Below, one piece after another: positions 1 to 9,751 of a DNA stretch of 64,000 bases. Source of the DNA: Thermoplasmatota archaeon (GTDB taxonomy: Archaea; Thermoplasmatota; Poseidoniia; Poseidoniales; Thalassarchaeaceae); NCBI GenBank assembly GCA_036138175.1, contig JAZAAK010000043.1:20610-84609 (forward strand), in the 5' to 3' direction. The notes beneath the pieces were generated by a model that had not been told where the DNA came from, did not search any database, and saw only the letters and a list, made by a program, of their open reading frames with translations. The position numbers and the translations under genes were made by a program. Numbering within the stretch: the first letter of the stretch is position 1; each line of letters opens with the position of its first letter.

Positions 1-1
1 A

Positions 2-1723
2 GAGGTTGGTTGGAAAGCTCCTGCTGTAGCTGGTGCAACAGGCGCGATGGGGCAAGGCACCGCCTTTATGTCCGTAGCAGGAGATCGAACTATGAGTATC
101 AATGTCGATCACGCACCAACTCAAGATGAAGGAGGCCTTTCCGCGTTGGTTCTTATCGATCCTCTTCCGTCAAATGTTTCAGTAGATATTCCAACCGGAG
201 CCGATGCAGGGAATAATTTGGTAATCCCAGAATTGAATACCTCACAAGGGGTTTCTGGAGTTGCATTTTTCCTTGGAGGATTTGCTGATTTGGGTCGCTC
301 TGTCAATACTGTACTTTCTGGTATTACAAGCGAAATTTCTACCGGTACAGCCGGAGGAAACGGTTCCTTTTCTTACGGTCTGGAGTTAGATGCGGATAGC
401 GAGTTCGATCTAATCTTTGAGGCCAGTCAAGGTAACGGTACAGCGGATGAACCAGCATGGGTTCATGGGATTTCTATGAATGCGGCCCCAACTGGAATTT
501 CTGACGGCTTCCATATTCGAGGTTGGATCCCAAATCTACCCCCATTAATCGATATCACAGTCAGTCGTGTGCCTAACTCAAATGGAGAAGATTGGACAAT
601 TATGTTGGGTATGGAGGGGTGGTTTCCTGCAAGAAGTGAATTCATGCTAAATGCAAAAGGTGTCAATGGACAAGACTTGATGCTAACGTTACAAGGTTTG
701 ACTGTTGGTCAAGCCACTACCTTGGGAATAGACTCTCAATTCACGATTAAGGAAACTAGTGGCGGAATTAATGAGGTTACTACCTCGACTCGTTTCGTAC
801 TATCAAATAGACTCGATTGGATTCATGCTGAGCTCATCAACAGGGAAGCCGGTGCAAGAACGGAGATGCTAATCAACGATATTCCCGAATCAATTGATCT
901 ACGCGCAAGCCTTGGAACTTCAATTTCGATTGATATGATTGTGCCTGAAAAATATCGTCGTGATGGCCCGGCGGTAGACTCCATCATGTTGCAACAGATG
1001 CAGTGGATGGAAGGCGCATGGTGGCCTGCTACTGTTTTCTTAACCGATGTTCCAAACTCGATAAATCTGACCACACAAGCAGATGTAGAATATGACATTA
1101 CGAAAACCCTAGCATTCCAAGGTACTCCAGTCCTTGATTTCTCAGCATCAGATAATGGAATGTCGTTGTATATTGAAGCAAATGGTAGAGCGATAAACAA
1201 TCGCGGTGACATCATATTGCTCGCTGAAGGATTGACAGATCGTATGGTGATTAAGCCAACCTCTGATTATGGTCTAGCAATTCGAAGCGGAGGTGACGGG
1301 GTTGAGAGAATTTACCTTAGAGCTTCCAATATGCCAACGACCCCTCCTGTGATAATTAAGGAAGTAGAGGCTCTTGGGGAAAATCTGAGAAGTGCAACAA
1401 TTAGGGTTGTCGAGATTGCAGGGCCATACAGTATCATCGAACTGGAAGATGTTCAAGGTGGGAGAATAATTGCTTCAGCCCGCGCCACCGCCGAGGTTGA
1501 TGCCCTTGGCACCACCTTCGATCTTAGAGGTGTTCTCCTAGATGCTCAAACTACAGGAGGAGTCCCTACTGGAACCAGTATTGGAGTCAATGGATTAGCA
1601 TCTGACCTGTCTCTATTGAATTTGATTCCGGGTTTTGAGGGATCAACTCATCACATTATCGTCCCAGAACCATTTACATCTGGACTTCTGACTTTAGGTG
1701 CTACTTTCTTGGGGGGTGATTGA
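2..1723 (+). CDS. C-terminal part of a large secreted/surface protein (5' end outside the window)
   Basis: The frame is open from the window edge, with no stop between nt 2 and the first ATG at 47. Gly/Thr/Ser/Asn-rich. A motif recurs about every 100 aa: IPNLPPLIDITV, DIPESIDLRA, DVPNSINLTT. The only hydrophobic stretch is at the extreme C-terminus. No catalytic motif recognised. Confidence 0.6.
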   Translation, partial: EVGWKAPAVAGATGAMGQGTAFMSVAGDRTMSINVDHAPTQDEGGLSALVLIDPLPSNVSVDIPTGADAGNNLVIPELNTSQGVSGVAFFLGGFADLGRSVNTVLSGITSEISTGTAGGNGSFSYGLELDADSEFDLIFEASQGNGTADEPAWVHGISMNAAPTGISDGFHIRGWIPNLPPLIDITVSRVPNSNGEDWTIMLGMEGWFPARSEFMLNAKGVNGQDLMLTLQGLTVGQATTLGIDSQFTIKETSGGINEVTTSTRFVLSNRLDWIHAELINREAGARTEMLINDIPESIDLRASLGTSISIDMIVPEKYRRDGPAVDSIMLQQMQWMEGAWWPATVFLTDVPNSINLTTQADVEYDITKTLAFQGTPVLDFSASDNGMSLYIEANGRAINNRGDIILLAEGLTDRMVIKPTSDYGLAIRSGGDGVERIYLRASNMPTTPPVIIKEVEALGENLRSATIRVVEIAGPYSIIELEDVQGGRIIASARATAEVDALGTTFDLRGVLLDAQTTGGVPTGTSIGVNGLASDLSLLNLIPGFEGSTHHIIVPEPFTSGLLTLGATFLGGD

Positions 1724-1733
1724 TTTGGGTTTA

Positions 1734-2291
1734 ATGGACAAAATTAGCTCTCAAAATGAGGAATTAGAAACCCCTGATGCAGCCACCGAACGCGCCCATG
1801 AGATTCTCCAAATCGTTGGCGAGCGAGTTGAGAAAGTTCGACCAAGTCGGGTAATTTTTGCCTCTGTGGCCGTATTACTGATACTGAGTGGGATCATGAT
1901 TATTGGAACTTGGATTGTCCCATATGACAGAACTTCCGTAGATGTTGTCTATCTTCAGGGAGTTGGCGGCCATGTTGTTTTAGTTGAATTAGATAACAAA
2001 GGATCTCGTTCAATTACTGATGTCCAATTAGATATCAGATTCTTAGATGACGATAGTAACGAGATTGCAAGATCTACCTTTGAAACCGATGAGATCGCCG
2101 CCCATACTTCGATTGCTGGCGATAATCTAGAACTAATTGCACCTGGTGCATCAGTTTGGGAGAATTATACTATTGAGATAATCTTAGAATACACCTATGG
2201 CGGTACAGAGTATAATGAAAGATGGACGTATAATGTAGGTGGTTGGACTATGGAGATGTTTACCTATGACGCACCAATGCACTTCTTCTAA
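1734..2291 (+). CDS. Small N-terminally membrane-anchored protein with a beta-rich ectodomain, unknown function
   Basis: The ORF track starts at GTG 1698. More likely starts are TTG 1725 or ATG 1734, downstream of GGGGGGTGA (1711-1719). One TM helix (VIFASVAVLLILSGIMIIGTWIV) followed by a beta-rich domain of about 120 aa. Hairpin directly after the stop. Confidence 0.55.
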   Translation: MDKISSQNEELETPDAATERAHEILQIVGERVEKVRPSRVIFASVAVLLILSGIMIIGTWIVPYDRTSVDVVYLQGVGGHVVLVELDNKGSRSITDVQLDIRFLDDDSNEIARSTFETDEIAAHTSIAGDNLELIAPGASVWENYTIEIILEYTYGGTEYNERWTYNVGGWTMEMFTYDAPMHFF

Positions 2292-2308
2292 CACGACCTA
2301 CGGTCGTG
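2292..2308 (+). terminator. Short GC-rich hairpin CACGACC-TAC-GGTCGTG immediately after a stop codon
   Basis: Perfect 7-bp stem with a TAC triloop, starting 1 nt after the TAA at 2289-2291. Function (terminator or RNA stability/processing element) not established. Confidence 0.35.
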
Positions 2309-2367
2309 AGATAATCGCAATACAGTTTACCCTAATGCTGAAAGGTGACCCAATTGGAGGCTGATTC

Positions 2368-5300
2368 ATGGGACAGAGAATTGCGGTTGCGCTAATCGGT
2401 TTATTCCTAATATCTCTGATTCCGGCTGGTGATTTTTACATCAACCAATCTGAAGATTCAAGAGAGGCTCTAGATTGGTCGGTTAAGCGTATAGAGATAG
2501 CCGCCGACCCTAATTCAATTCAAGACCTTCAATCGCCGACAGTGACACAAGGATTTGAAAGGCTTAGAGACAATACTGCCGATTCTAGTATTGGAGTATA
2601 CACCGAGTCTGGATTGATTCCATCCGTCCATCTGCCAAATTCCCTTACTCATCCACGTTGGGACTTAGCGATGGTCATAGTCGATGGAGGCGTTGGAATT
2701 TGGGATGCTCGTCTTGAGGTAGAATCATCAGCTGAAGTTGAGATAAGAACGACCATACCTCCTTCTGGTTTCTTGGTTCAAGGAACAGCCGAGGAATTGG
2801 ATAAGTTAGCGGCTAACTCTGTAGTTGTTGCAGTTCATCCAGTTCCAACCGGATTGCTTGTCCACCCATTGCTAACAGTGATCAATGAAGGCTCGATAAT
2901 GGTAGAAATCCTCGGTTGGAAGGATGATAATCTTCAGCGACATATGGAGCCAGGGCTAGGTTTGTCAAGATCTCTTACAGATGTTGCAGGCAAGTGGCTT
3001 ACCGACGGATGGAGTCCCGAGGAAGGTAGATATTGGGGTGAAATTGAACTTTCTAACTTAGCAGATATGATTGATGATCCTGCTGTAGCCTATGTTGCCC
3101 CGTTGCCGGTTCTAGAATTAAAGAACGACAATGCTCGAACCCATATGGGAATAAATTCGGTTGAATCTTTCTTCATCACAAACATAGATGGTACTGGCCA
3201 AACTGTAGCTGTTGGGGACTCTGGAATAGATCACGATCATGGAGATTTCAACAACCGTATTTCTGGTAGAACTTCAGTTACACCGGGAGATTCCTCGACT
3301 GCTGATCTATCTGATGGACACGGAACCCACGTTGCCTGCACAGTACTAGGTTCCGGAATGAGAAGTAGTGGTACCTATGAGGGAGTAGCACCGGGAGCCG
3401 ACCTATATTTCCAAGCGATGGAGGATGATGATACCGGTGCCCTATACAGTTACGGAATCAACAGCATGCTGAATTCTGCTTACAACGCAGGCGCCCGCTT
3501 ACACACGAATAGTTGGGGCGCAGGCAGCGGTTTCGGCTCTTACTCGACCCAATCTGAAGACGCTGATGACCGAACTTCTACTTGGGATCAATACTGGAAT
3601 TATGATGGAATGACAGTTCTCTTTGCCGCAGGAAATGAAAGAAACGATGGTGTTTCTCCTCCGGGTACAGCGAAGAATGTAATCACTGTTGGAGGACACA
3701 AGAACCGATACAGTGGCTCTCCTGATGAGATGTACTATTGGAGTAGTCGAGGACCCACAGATGATGGCCGCCTTAAGCCGGATGTAGTAGGTCCCGGTGA
3801 TGGTGTCCGCTCATGTCTTTCACAAGAGGCCGAGCAAGCATCTTCTGGTTGGTCTAATAATTGGTACATTGAGTACAGCGGTACTTCGATGGCTACACCT
3901 GCTGCGGCGGGTGCTGCGACCCTCGTGCGACAATATCTCATGGAGGTTGCAAATAGGCCCGCTCCCCAAGGAGCGCTGGTTAAGGCACTGCTAATCCTAG
4001 GTGCTGAGGATATGGGTGCTAGAAATATTCCCAACAACGACGAGGGTTGGGGTAGGGTCAATCTTGTCAATTCACTGATTCCAGATAGTGATGAAGGTAT
4101 TTTCGTCGATGACCGAAGTCGTATTTCTTCTGGCCAAACAAAGGAATACACATTCGATATTACAAGAGGCGCAGAACCACTGAAAGTAGTATTGGCATGG
4201 TCCGATTATCCAGGTTCCTCACAAAGTACCAATCAGTTACGTAATGATCTAAATTTAGAAGTGATTCATCCCAATGGAGGGACTTCCTTCAAAGGTAATG
4301 TTTTCAGTGGTGGAAAATCAATTGCTGGTGGTAATTTCGATGATAAAAACAACGTCGAAGTAGTACTGATTGATAATGCCGGCGTCGGCACATGGACAGT
4401 CCGTGTGACCGATGATTATCATGGTGGAAGTAGGACTTGGCAACCCTATGCTCTAGCCGTAAGAGGTGTCAATGTAAACGACCTTTCACCCGATCCCACA
4501 TTTGCTCCCGATGTTACTATCAACCCCCCTATTCCACAAATCGGAGACCCCGTACAAATTGGAGTAACTGTCGAAAACCTTGGTGCTGGATTAGTATCAG
4601 ATCTAGAGGTAATGGCAAGGGCCGATGGTAGCCTAATCTCGACCCAGACAATTTCATTGACTCCTGGAGAATCAGTTTATGTTCAGTGGAATTGGACCCC
4701 GTCGACTGAAGGTCTAGTTGACTTATCCTTCCACCTAGATCCAAATGATTTGGTGGAGGAATCAAATGAAGGAAATAACCTTCTCACACATACGATGATA
4801 ATTAGCGCACCTGGAGTTAGGGTAACTTCAGATGAACCATTCATGACTTTGGGTGAAGCGGATGATAGTTCTACCTCATGGGACCTGGTTCTAACAAATA
4901 CCGCATTATTCGAGACTAATGCAACAATCGTAGCAAGCTCACCTGTAAGGTTGAGTGATGGTGTTGAATTCGATTGGTATTCCTCACTCACTTCAAACAC
5001 TTTCAATCTGCTCGAGGCAGAATCGGTTGCTGTAGGTCTCACACTTATCCATCCGGCTCCTCCAGAACCCGGAACTTATGTAATGACGGTCACTGGAACG
5101 GATATCGAGAATGACATTGAGTCTGAATTAAATCTGTATTTCGATGTACCAATTTTAGCCTCTGCGGATGTGCTAATTACATCAGGAAAAATTCCAGTCA
5201 GCCCTATTGCACAAACTCAATTGCAAGTATTCGTAACCAACGAAGGCAACGGACCTCAAACCTATGATGTGGAGTTAAGTTCGCCTGCCGGTTGGTATCT

Positions 5301-6861
5301 AGGATTGGATACCTTAGGGGCTTTTGAGGGGTCATCTCACGGTTCAACGGGGACTCTTGCGGTGGGGCAAAGCCGAGCAATTGACATCACCGTAAATCCT
5401 CCTGGTGCTATGATTCCAGCTGGTTCGATTTTCGATGCTGGCTTGACAGTTCACTCTAGAGTAGGTACTGATTCTTGGTCGGTTCCTATCACTCTAGAGG
5501 TGATTGCAATAGACCAACTATCTGCAACACCGATAAGTGATGGAATTCAGTATGAGGTTGCTCCTGATGGAACTTTGAATCTAGAAATTGACTTCCTAAA
5601 TACAGGAAATCGACATCTAACCATGACTCCATATCAGAGGGCTATACCTTCTGGTTGGTCGATTGTTGGTGGTCTCAATACATTGGAAGTACCGGCGGGT
5701 GAAACTACGACTTGGTCGGTAACTTTGCAAGGTAATGGACGAGCCACAAGTGGCGATTTCAAACTGCGATTCGCTACTGATGATGGTTTTTCGCTTGATT
5801 GGAATAGAACCATCGACGTTCTCTCCGCCGCGATTCCGAGCCTAGCATTCCACGAAGTTGTCTTGGCAGATGGAACTACATCTCAAACTCCTCTGGGAGT
5901 AGGTGCTCATCCAGTTGGAACCGGCTTTGATTTGGCATGGGAGGTTGAGAATGAAGGCACCTCAACTTGGCGTCCAACGACTTCAATTATCGTGCCTGAT
6001 AATGGAGACTGGGAAGCAAACTGTCCTTCCACTCCATCAACATTGGCTGCTGGAGCGAGCAGTATAATCTGGTGTACGATTACTATTCCTCTCTCAGAAC
6101 AGGCGGGTTCCGAGCCAGTAGTCACTCTTAGGATGGAAGGAGAAGGAGTTGTAGTTGAAAATTCCATTTCGTTACTTGTAGATTCGGTTTCAGCTGTAGT
6201 TTGGGACCTACGCACTAAAGACCCAATTGCCCATCAAAACTATCCTGTTCAATTGACAATAGATGTTGAAAATGTAGGAAATTCACAAATAAATCACAAA
6301 CTTGAGGTGAATGCTCCAAGTGATTGGAATGTATTCATCGATGATGAATTATTGGTAATTTTAAGCCCAGGAGAATCCAGATCAATAGTAATCCAATTCA
6401 CTCCCGACAGCGGTAGTGACGGTACAGTAGAATTATTTTTGTTAAATGGAGAAACCATCCAAGATTCTTCTTTCAGTTTTGAGGTCGATGTATTACCTGC
6501 AAGAGGCGAGAGTAACAGCATGGCATCTACTCTGATTCCTATTCTTGTTGTTCTACTAATTGTGATTCTTGGAGGAGGGGGATTCTATGTATTTCAACAA
6601 AAAGGTGGTAGGCTTGAATCAATTATGTCCACACAGGCCGTAAGCAAGATTGCCGAGTCCCTAAATATCACTGAAAAAGGAAGTGGTTCAGGCATTGAAT
6701 GCTGGGTATGTAGCGACGATATTATTGTCGGTGATGCCTTAGCTTGCGGCATTTGTGGAGCCCGTTATCATCGTCCAGGTCAAGTTGGAGGTTGTGATAT
6801 TCTTTCTCTTGGGAAATGCCTACATTGCAATGCGGATTGGGATGAATTAGTTGACGCATAA
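2368..6861 (+). CDS. Subtilisin-like serine protease (peptidase S8) with CARDB/NEW3-like repeat stalk, C-terminal TM anchor and cytoplasmic zinc-finger tail
   Basis: Signal-anchor-like N-terminus. Catalytic motifs VAVGDSGID (Asp 3217-3219), HGTHVA (His 3319-3321), SGTSMATP (Ser 3886-3888). At least six modules with V(E/T)N.G signatures. TM helix LIPILVVLLIVILGGGGFYVF. Tail has eight Cys/His ligands at 6700-6828. Confidence 0.9.
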   Translation: MGQRIAVALIGLFLISLIPAGDFYINQSEDSREALDWSVKRIEIAADPNSIQDLQSPTVTQGFERLRDNTADSSIGVYTESGLIPSVHLPNSLTHPRWDLAMVIVDGGVGIWDARLEVESSAEVEIRTTIPPSGFLVQGTAEELDKLAANSVVVAVHPVPTGLLVHPLLTVINEGSIMVEILGWKDDNLQRHMEPGLGLSRSLTDVAGKWLTDGWSPEEGRYWGEIELSNLADMIDDPAVAYVAPLPVLELKNDNARTHMGINSVESFFITNIDGTGQTVAVGDSGIDHDHGDFNNRISGRTSVTPGDSSTADLSDGHGTHVACTVLGSGMRSSGTYEGVAPGADLYFQAMEDDDTGALYSYGINSMLNSAYNAGARLHTNSWGAGSGFGSYSTQSEDADDRTSTWDQYWNYDGMTVLFAAGNERNDGVSPPGTAKNVITVGGHKNRYSGSPDEMYYWSSRGPTDDGRLKPDVVGPGDGVRSCLSQEAEQASSGWSNNWYIEYSGTSMATPAAAGAATLVRQYLMEVANRPAPQGALVKALLILGAEDMGARNIPNNDEGWGRVNLVNSLIPDSDEGIFVDDRSRISSGQTKEYTFDITRGAEPLKVVLAWSDYPGSSQSTNQLRNDLNLEVIHPNGGTSFKGNVFSGGKSIAGGNFDDKNNVEVVLIDNAGVGTWTVRVTDDYHGGSRTWQPYALAVRGVNVNDLSPDPTFAPDVTINPPIPQIGDPVQIGVTVENLGAGLVSDLEVMARADGSLISTQTISLTPGESVYVQWNWTPSTEGLVDLSFHLDPNDLVEESNEGNNLLTHTMIISAPGVRVTSDEPFMTLGEADDSSTSWDLVLTNTALFETNATIVASSPVRLSDGVEFDWYSSLTSNTFNLLEAESVAVGLTLIHPAPPEPGTYVMTVTGTDIENDIESELNLYFDVPILASADVLITSGKIPVSPIAQTQLQVFVTNEGNGPQTYDVELSSPAGWYLGLDTLGAFEGSSHGSTGTLAVGQSRAIDITVNPPGAMIPAGSIFDAGLTVHSRVGTDSWSVPITLEVIAIDQLSATPISDGIQYEVAPDGTLNLEIDFLNTGNRHLTMTPYQRAIPSGWSIVGGLNTLEVPAGETTTWSVTLQGNGRATSGDFKLRFATDDGFSLDWNRTIDVLSAAIPSLAFHEVVLADGTTSQTPLGVGAHPVGTGFDLAWEVENEGTSTWRPTTSIIVPDNGDWEANCPSTPSTLAAGASSIIWCTITIPLSEQAGSEPVVTLRMEGEGVVVENSISLLVDSVSAVVWDLRTKDPIAHQNYPVQLTIDVENVGNSQINHKLEVNAPSDWNVFIDDELLVILSPGESRSIVIQFTPDSGSDGTVELFLLNGETIQDSSFSFEVDVLPARGESNSMASTLIPILVVLLIVILGGGGFYVFQQKGGRLESIMSTQAVSKIAESLNITEKGSGSGIECWVCSDDIIVGDALACGICGARYHRPGQVGGCDILSLGKCLHCNADWDELVDA

Positions 6862-6863
6862 AT

Positions 6864-6883
6864 CGCGACCCTAAGGGGTCGCG
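6864..6883 (+). terminator. Hairpin CGCGACCC-TAAG-GGGTCGCG after the subtilase stop codon
   Basis: Perfect 8-bp GC-rich stem with a 4-nt loop, 2 nt after the TAA at 6859-6861. Confidence 0.4.
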
Positions 6884-6924
6884 TAGCCCGAAGCCCTTAG
6901 AGGGGCCCGTTTGTCGGCCAAGCA

Positions 6925-9609
6925 ATGAATCGTATTGCTTCGGCTCGTCTTCTGACGATTTTACTAGTAATCACGATGTTATCTCCATTTGTTCAGGCAG
7001 AGATAGATCCTCGTCTGACTGCAAGTCCAACCGCTCAAGAGGCAGATGCCGATAACCCAGCAGAATATACTATCACAGTTCACAATGATGGAGACGATGA
7101 TATGGCGGTTAGCTTGAGCACTCAGCAGGACTCTTCTGGTTGCAATGGCTTTACTTCGAACATAGAACAGGTATCTGGAACAATAGGTGGCGGCGAATCT
7201 GAACAAGTAACACTTACTGTCAGTGTAAATGAACAGGCAAATGGAGATTGTGAGACCACAGTTCAGGCTACTGCAACAGTAGCAGGAGGTGCTCCAGGAA
7301 CTCCGAAGAATGCCGATGTAACGGTGACTACCACAGCAGGTGACGGCGGTGGCCTTTATGCGGTCAAATTAACCACTGATGAGACAGATGTCGAATTTGA
7401 TGGAAGTGACTCAATAGTTTGGGAAGTTGAGGTTGAAAATACAGGGGAACAACAGGCAAATGTGCAATTGGAGATGAACAGCGATAATGATTGTGAATCC
7501 GATGACCTAACCGCTGAGGTAGATCCTTCTGTAGTTCAGTTGGATTCAGGAGATACAGAAACCGTAGAGGTTACGGTAGATGTCCCCGATGGAAGTTCTA
7601 CCGAAGCAGGCGAGCATTGTTTCCTCCTCTTGGCCACGGTAACCAATGACCCAAACGCTGCAGACAGAGCCGAGGATAACCTAAGCCTCAGGTTGAGTGT
7701 TCCAGAAGTGAAGGAGTGTGACGGCTCATTGCAGACATCTTCCCACAATCTAGATCCCGGTCAGACTGCAACAAATAGTTTCGAGGTAGAAAATATCGGC
7801 AATACTGAATGGACGGTTCAAACTCAAGCCCAATCCCCTGGAACAGATATAACAGGGTGGGTCGAGTTTGATAGCCCACGTTCTGCCTTATTAGCCAAAC
7901 CAGGAAATTCGGATGATAGTCATACATTCACTTTTTCAGTAACGCCTGATGATTCAGTTGAGGCCGGCTCACAGATTGAAATCAAGATACAGGGGCGTTC
8001 CAATCAAGGCGTTGGCTGTGAGCAAATACTCACAGTAACCATTGGTCAGGTCCACGAAGCTAGACTTACCCTCAGCACTTCGAAATTATCTAATGTTGAG
8101 CCCGGGACTTCTGATTCAGTTACCATAACTGTAGAAAATCGCGGCAATGGTTTAGACACGTTTTCTCTAACTACAATGGACCTACCAGAAGGATGGCAAA
8201 TTTCCTTTTCTCAATCTTCTGTGACCATAAACAGTAAGCATAACTCCAACAACGAAGAATCGCTAACCGCTACAGTAAATGTACCATCAAATGCGTTAGC
8301 AGGAGACAATACTGTTGAATTTGGTGTAACTGTGAGTGGTTCAACAACCATACTGCATAGCAGGGTGTTAACCGTATCTGTAGCAGCGAGACACGACCTA
8401 AATGCAGACATACTTTCAACTCAGCAAACCGGTCGTTCAGGCCAAGTAGTTCAATTCCCAATTGATATTGTCAACACAGGAAATATTCGGGATACATTCA
8501 AGCTACAGGTTTGTGATCCTAATGATCAAACTGGTTGTAACCCTCCAATGTGGGCTGCGTCATATTCTGATACATCTGGAAATTCAATCACCCAGATTGT
8601 GCTCGATCCAGGAGAATCTAGGCGAGTTTTCCTCGATGTAACTGTTGAAGGTGAGGAAGATGCAGATTCCGTTACAATTCTATCTCGCGTGGCAATTTTT
8701 GGGACGAGTGAAAAGGTAGAACAGACGATTAGCGTGATAGTCTCGAATTATGATTATGGCATGGCTATTTCTCCTGAAATGCCGGGGCCAATTTCCGGTC
8801 AAATGGATATTGTTATTCCACCAGGAGGGACTAAAGAAATCAATTTCTGGGTAGAGAATACAGGAAACTTCCCAGGTGGCGATAGTGCAGTAATATCGAT
8901 GACAGGAATGGAATCCTCTGTACTTCGACGAGTACTGTTCAATGGTGTAGCTGTAGATGGAAACATTGCAGTTCCTTCAGGTGATAGAGTTCTTATTACA
9001 ATTGAATTGGAAGTTCTAGAAGGTGTTTCTAGTGGAACTACTGGCATTGTAAAGGTCAGCGCATCATCGGAGAAGAACGCTGCCGAAAGCACCAGTGTAG
9101 ACTTGATTTTTGAAGTTAGAACAATTCATGATTTACGATTCACCCTTGAAGGTGAAGATGAGCTAACTACAGATGAAAAGAACAGTGTTGAGTTTATTCT
9201 CCATGTTACAAACCATGGTAATATTGTTGAGACCGTCCAGATATTATCTAGTGACTCTCTCAGAGGCTGGACTGTCAATGTCATTGAAGACGAGTTCCAA
9301 CTTTCCCCAGGCAATTCAAGAACGATTACTGTGAGGGTGACTCCTCCAGCGGGAATGGTACAAGATGACACCTATCGGTTTACCATTACAGTTCAACCAA
9401 AGGGTATGCCTGTAGCAGGTGAACCGCTTGATCTAGAAGTCACCGCAGAGGTGTCTTCTGGCCTAAGCTGGCTAAGCGAAGAAAACGAGCAGATTCTAAT
9501 CTACGGATTAACTGCTATTGGTGGTTTATTGGTTGTGATTTTATTCTTCAGGTCTCGTGCAGAAAACCGCAGAATTCTCGAAGCCTTGGACAATGAATCG
9601 AGTGACTGA
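6925..9609 (+). CDS. Surface protein built from about 8 tandem CARDB/NEW3-like beta-sandwich modules, with signal peptide and C-terminal TM anchor
   Basis: Signal peptide LLTILLVITMLSPFVQAE. Repeated signatures: YTITVHNDGDD, VEVENTGEQ, FEVENIGNT, ITVENRGNG...PEGWQISF, IDIVNTGNI, FWVENTGNF, LHVTNHGNI...RGWTVNV. C-terminal TM helix LIYGLTAIGGLLVVILFF followed by a basic/acidic tail. Confidence 0.8.
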   Translation: MNRIASARLLTILLVITMLSPFVQAEIDPRLTASPTAQEADADNPAEYTITVHNDGDDDMAVSLSTQQDSSGCNGFTSNIEQVSGTIGGGESEQVTLTVSVNEQANGDCETTVQATATVAGGAPGTPKNADVTVTTTAGDGGGLYAVKLTTDETDVEFDGSDSIVWEVEVENTGEQQANVQLEMNSDNDCESDDLTAEVDPSVVQLDSGDTETVEVTVDVPDGSSTEAGEHCFLLLATVTNDPNAADRAEDNLSLRLSVPEVKECDGSLQTSSHNLDPGQTATNSFEVENIGNTEWTVQTQAQSPGTDITGWVEFDSPRSALLAKPGNSDDSHTFTFSVTPDDSVEAGSQIEIKIQGRSNQGVGCEQILTVTIGQVHEARLTLSTSKLSNVEPGTSDSVTITVENRGNGLDTFSLTTMDLPEGWQISFSQSSVTINSKHNSNNEESLTATVNVPSNALAGDNTVEFGVTVSGSTTILHSRVLTVSVAARHDLNADILSTQQTGRSGQVVQFPIDIVNTGNIRDTFKLQVCDPNDQTGCNPPMWAASYSDTSGNSITQIVLDPGESRRVFLDVTVEGEEDADSVTILSRVAIFGTSEKVEQTISVIVSNYDYGMAISPEMPGPISGQMDIVIPPGGTKEINFWVENTGNFPGGDSAVISMTGMESSVLRRVLFNGVAVDGNIAVPSGDRVLITIELEVLEGVSSGTTGIVKVSASSEKNAAESTSVDLIFEVRTIHDLRFTLEGEDELTTDEKNSVEFILHVTNHGNIVETVQILSSDSLRGWTVNVIEDEFQLSPGNSRTITVRVTPPAGMVQDDTYRFTITVQPKGMPVAGEPLDLEVTAEVSSGLSWLSEENEQILIYGLTAIGGLLVVILFFRSRAENRRILEALDNESSD

Positions 9610-9730
9610 GCCCAGTCAACGATTGAAGACTATTTCAAGCTGTCAATCATTCCAATGTATTGTCTGCTACCAGCATCCTCAATGAACGCACGGTTATGCT
9701 TATGACCGTATTTTCGGTGGCGAACTCTGC

Positions 9731-9747
9731 CGGTCCCTACGGGACCG
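9731..9747 (+). promoter_or_regulatory. Hairpin CGGTCCC-TAC-GGGACCG in the nuoA 5' leader
   Basis: Perfect 7-bp stem with a TAC triloop, ending 4 nt before the nuoA ATG (9752). Confidence 0.3.
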
Positions 9748-9751
9748 TCAG

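Noticed and set aside
3735-4151. 138-aa minus-strand ORF, and many similar 60-140-aa antisense or alternative-frame ORFs in the track (for example 823-1215, 4683-5042, 13706-14137, 20770-21117, 24542-25063, 10335-10658).
   Set aside because: Each lies wholly inside a longer ORF with clear family motifs in another frame or strand. Their translations are Ser/Arg/Pro-rich low-complexity sequence with no motifs, typical of shadow ORFs.
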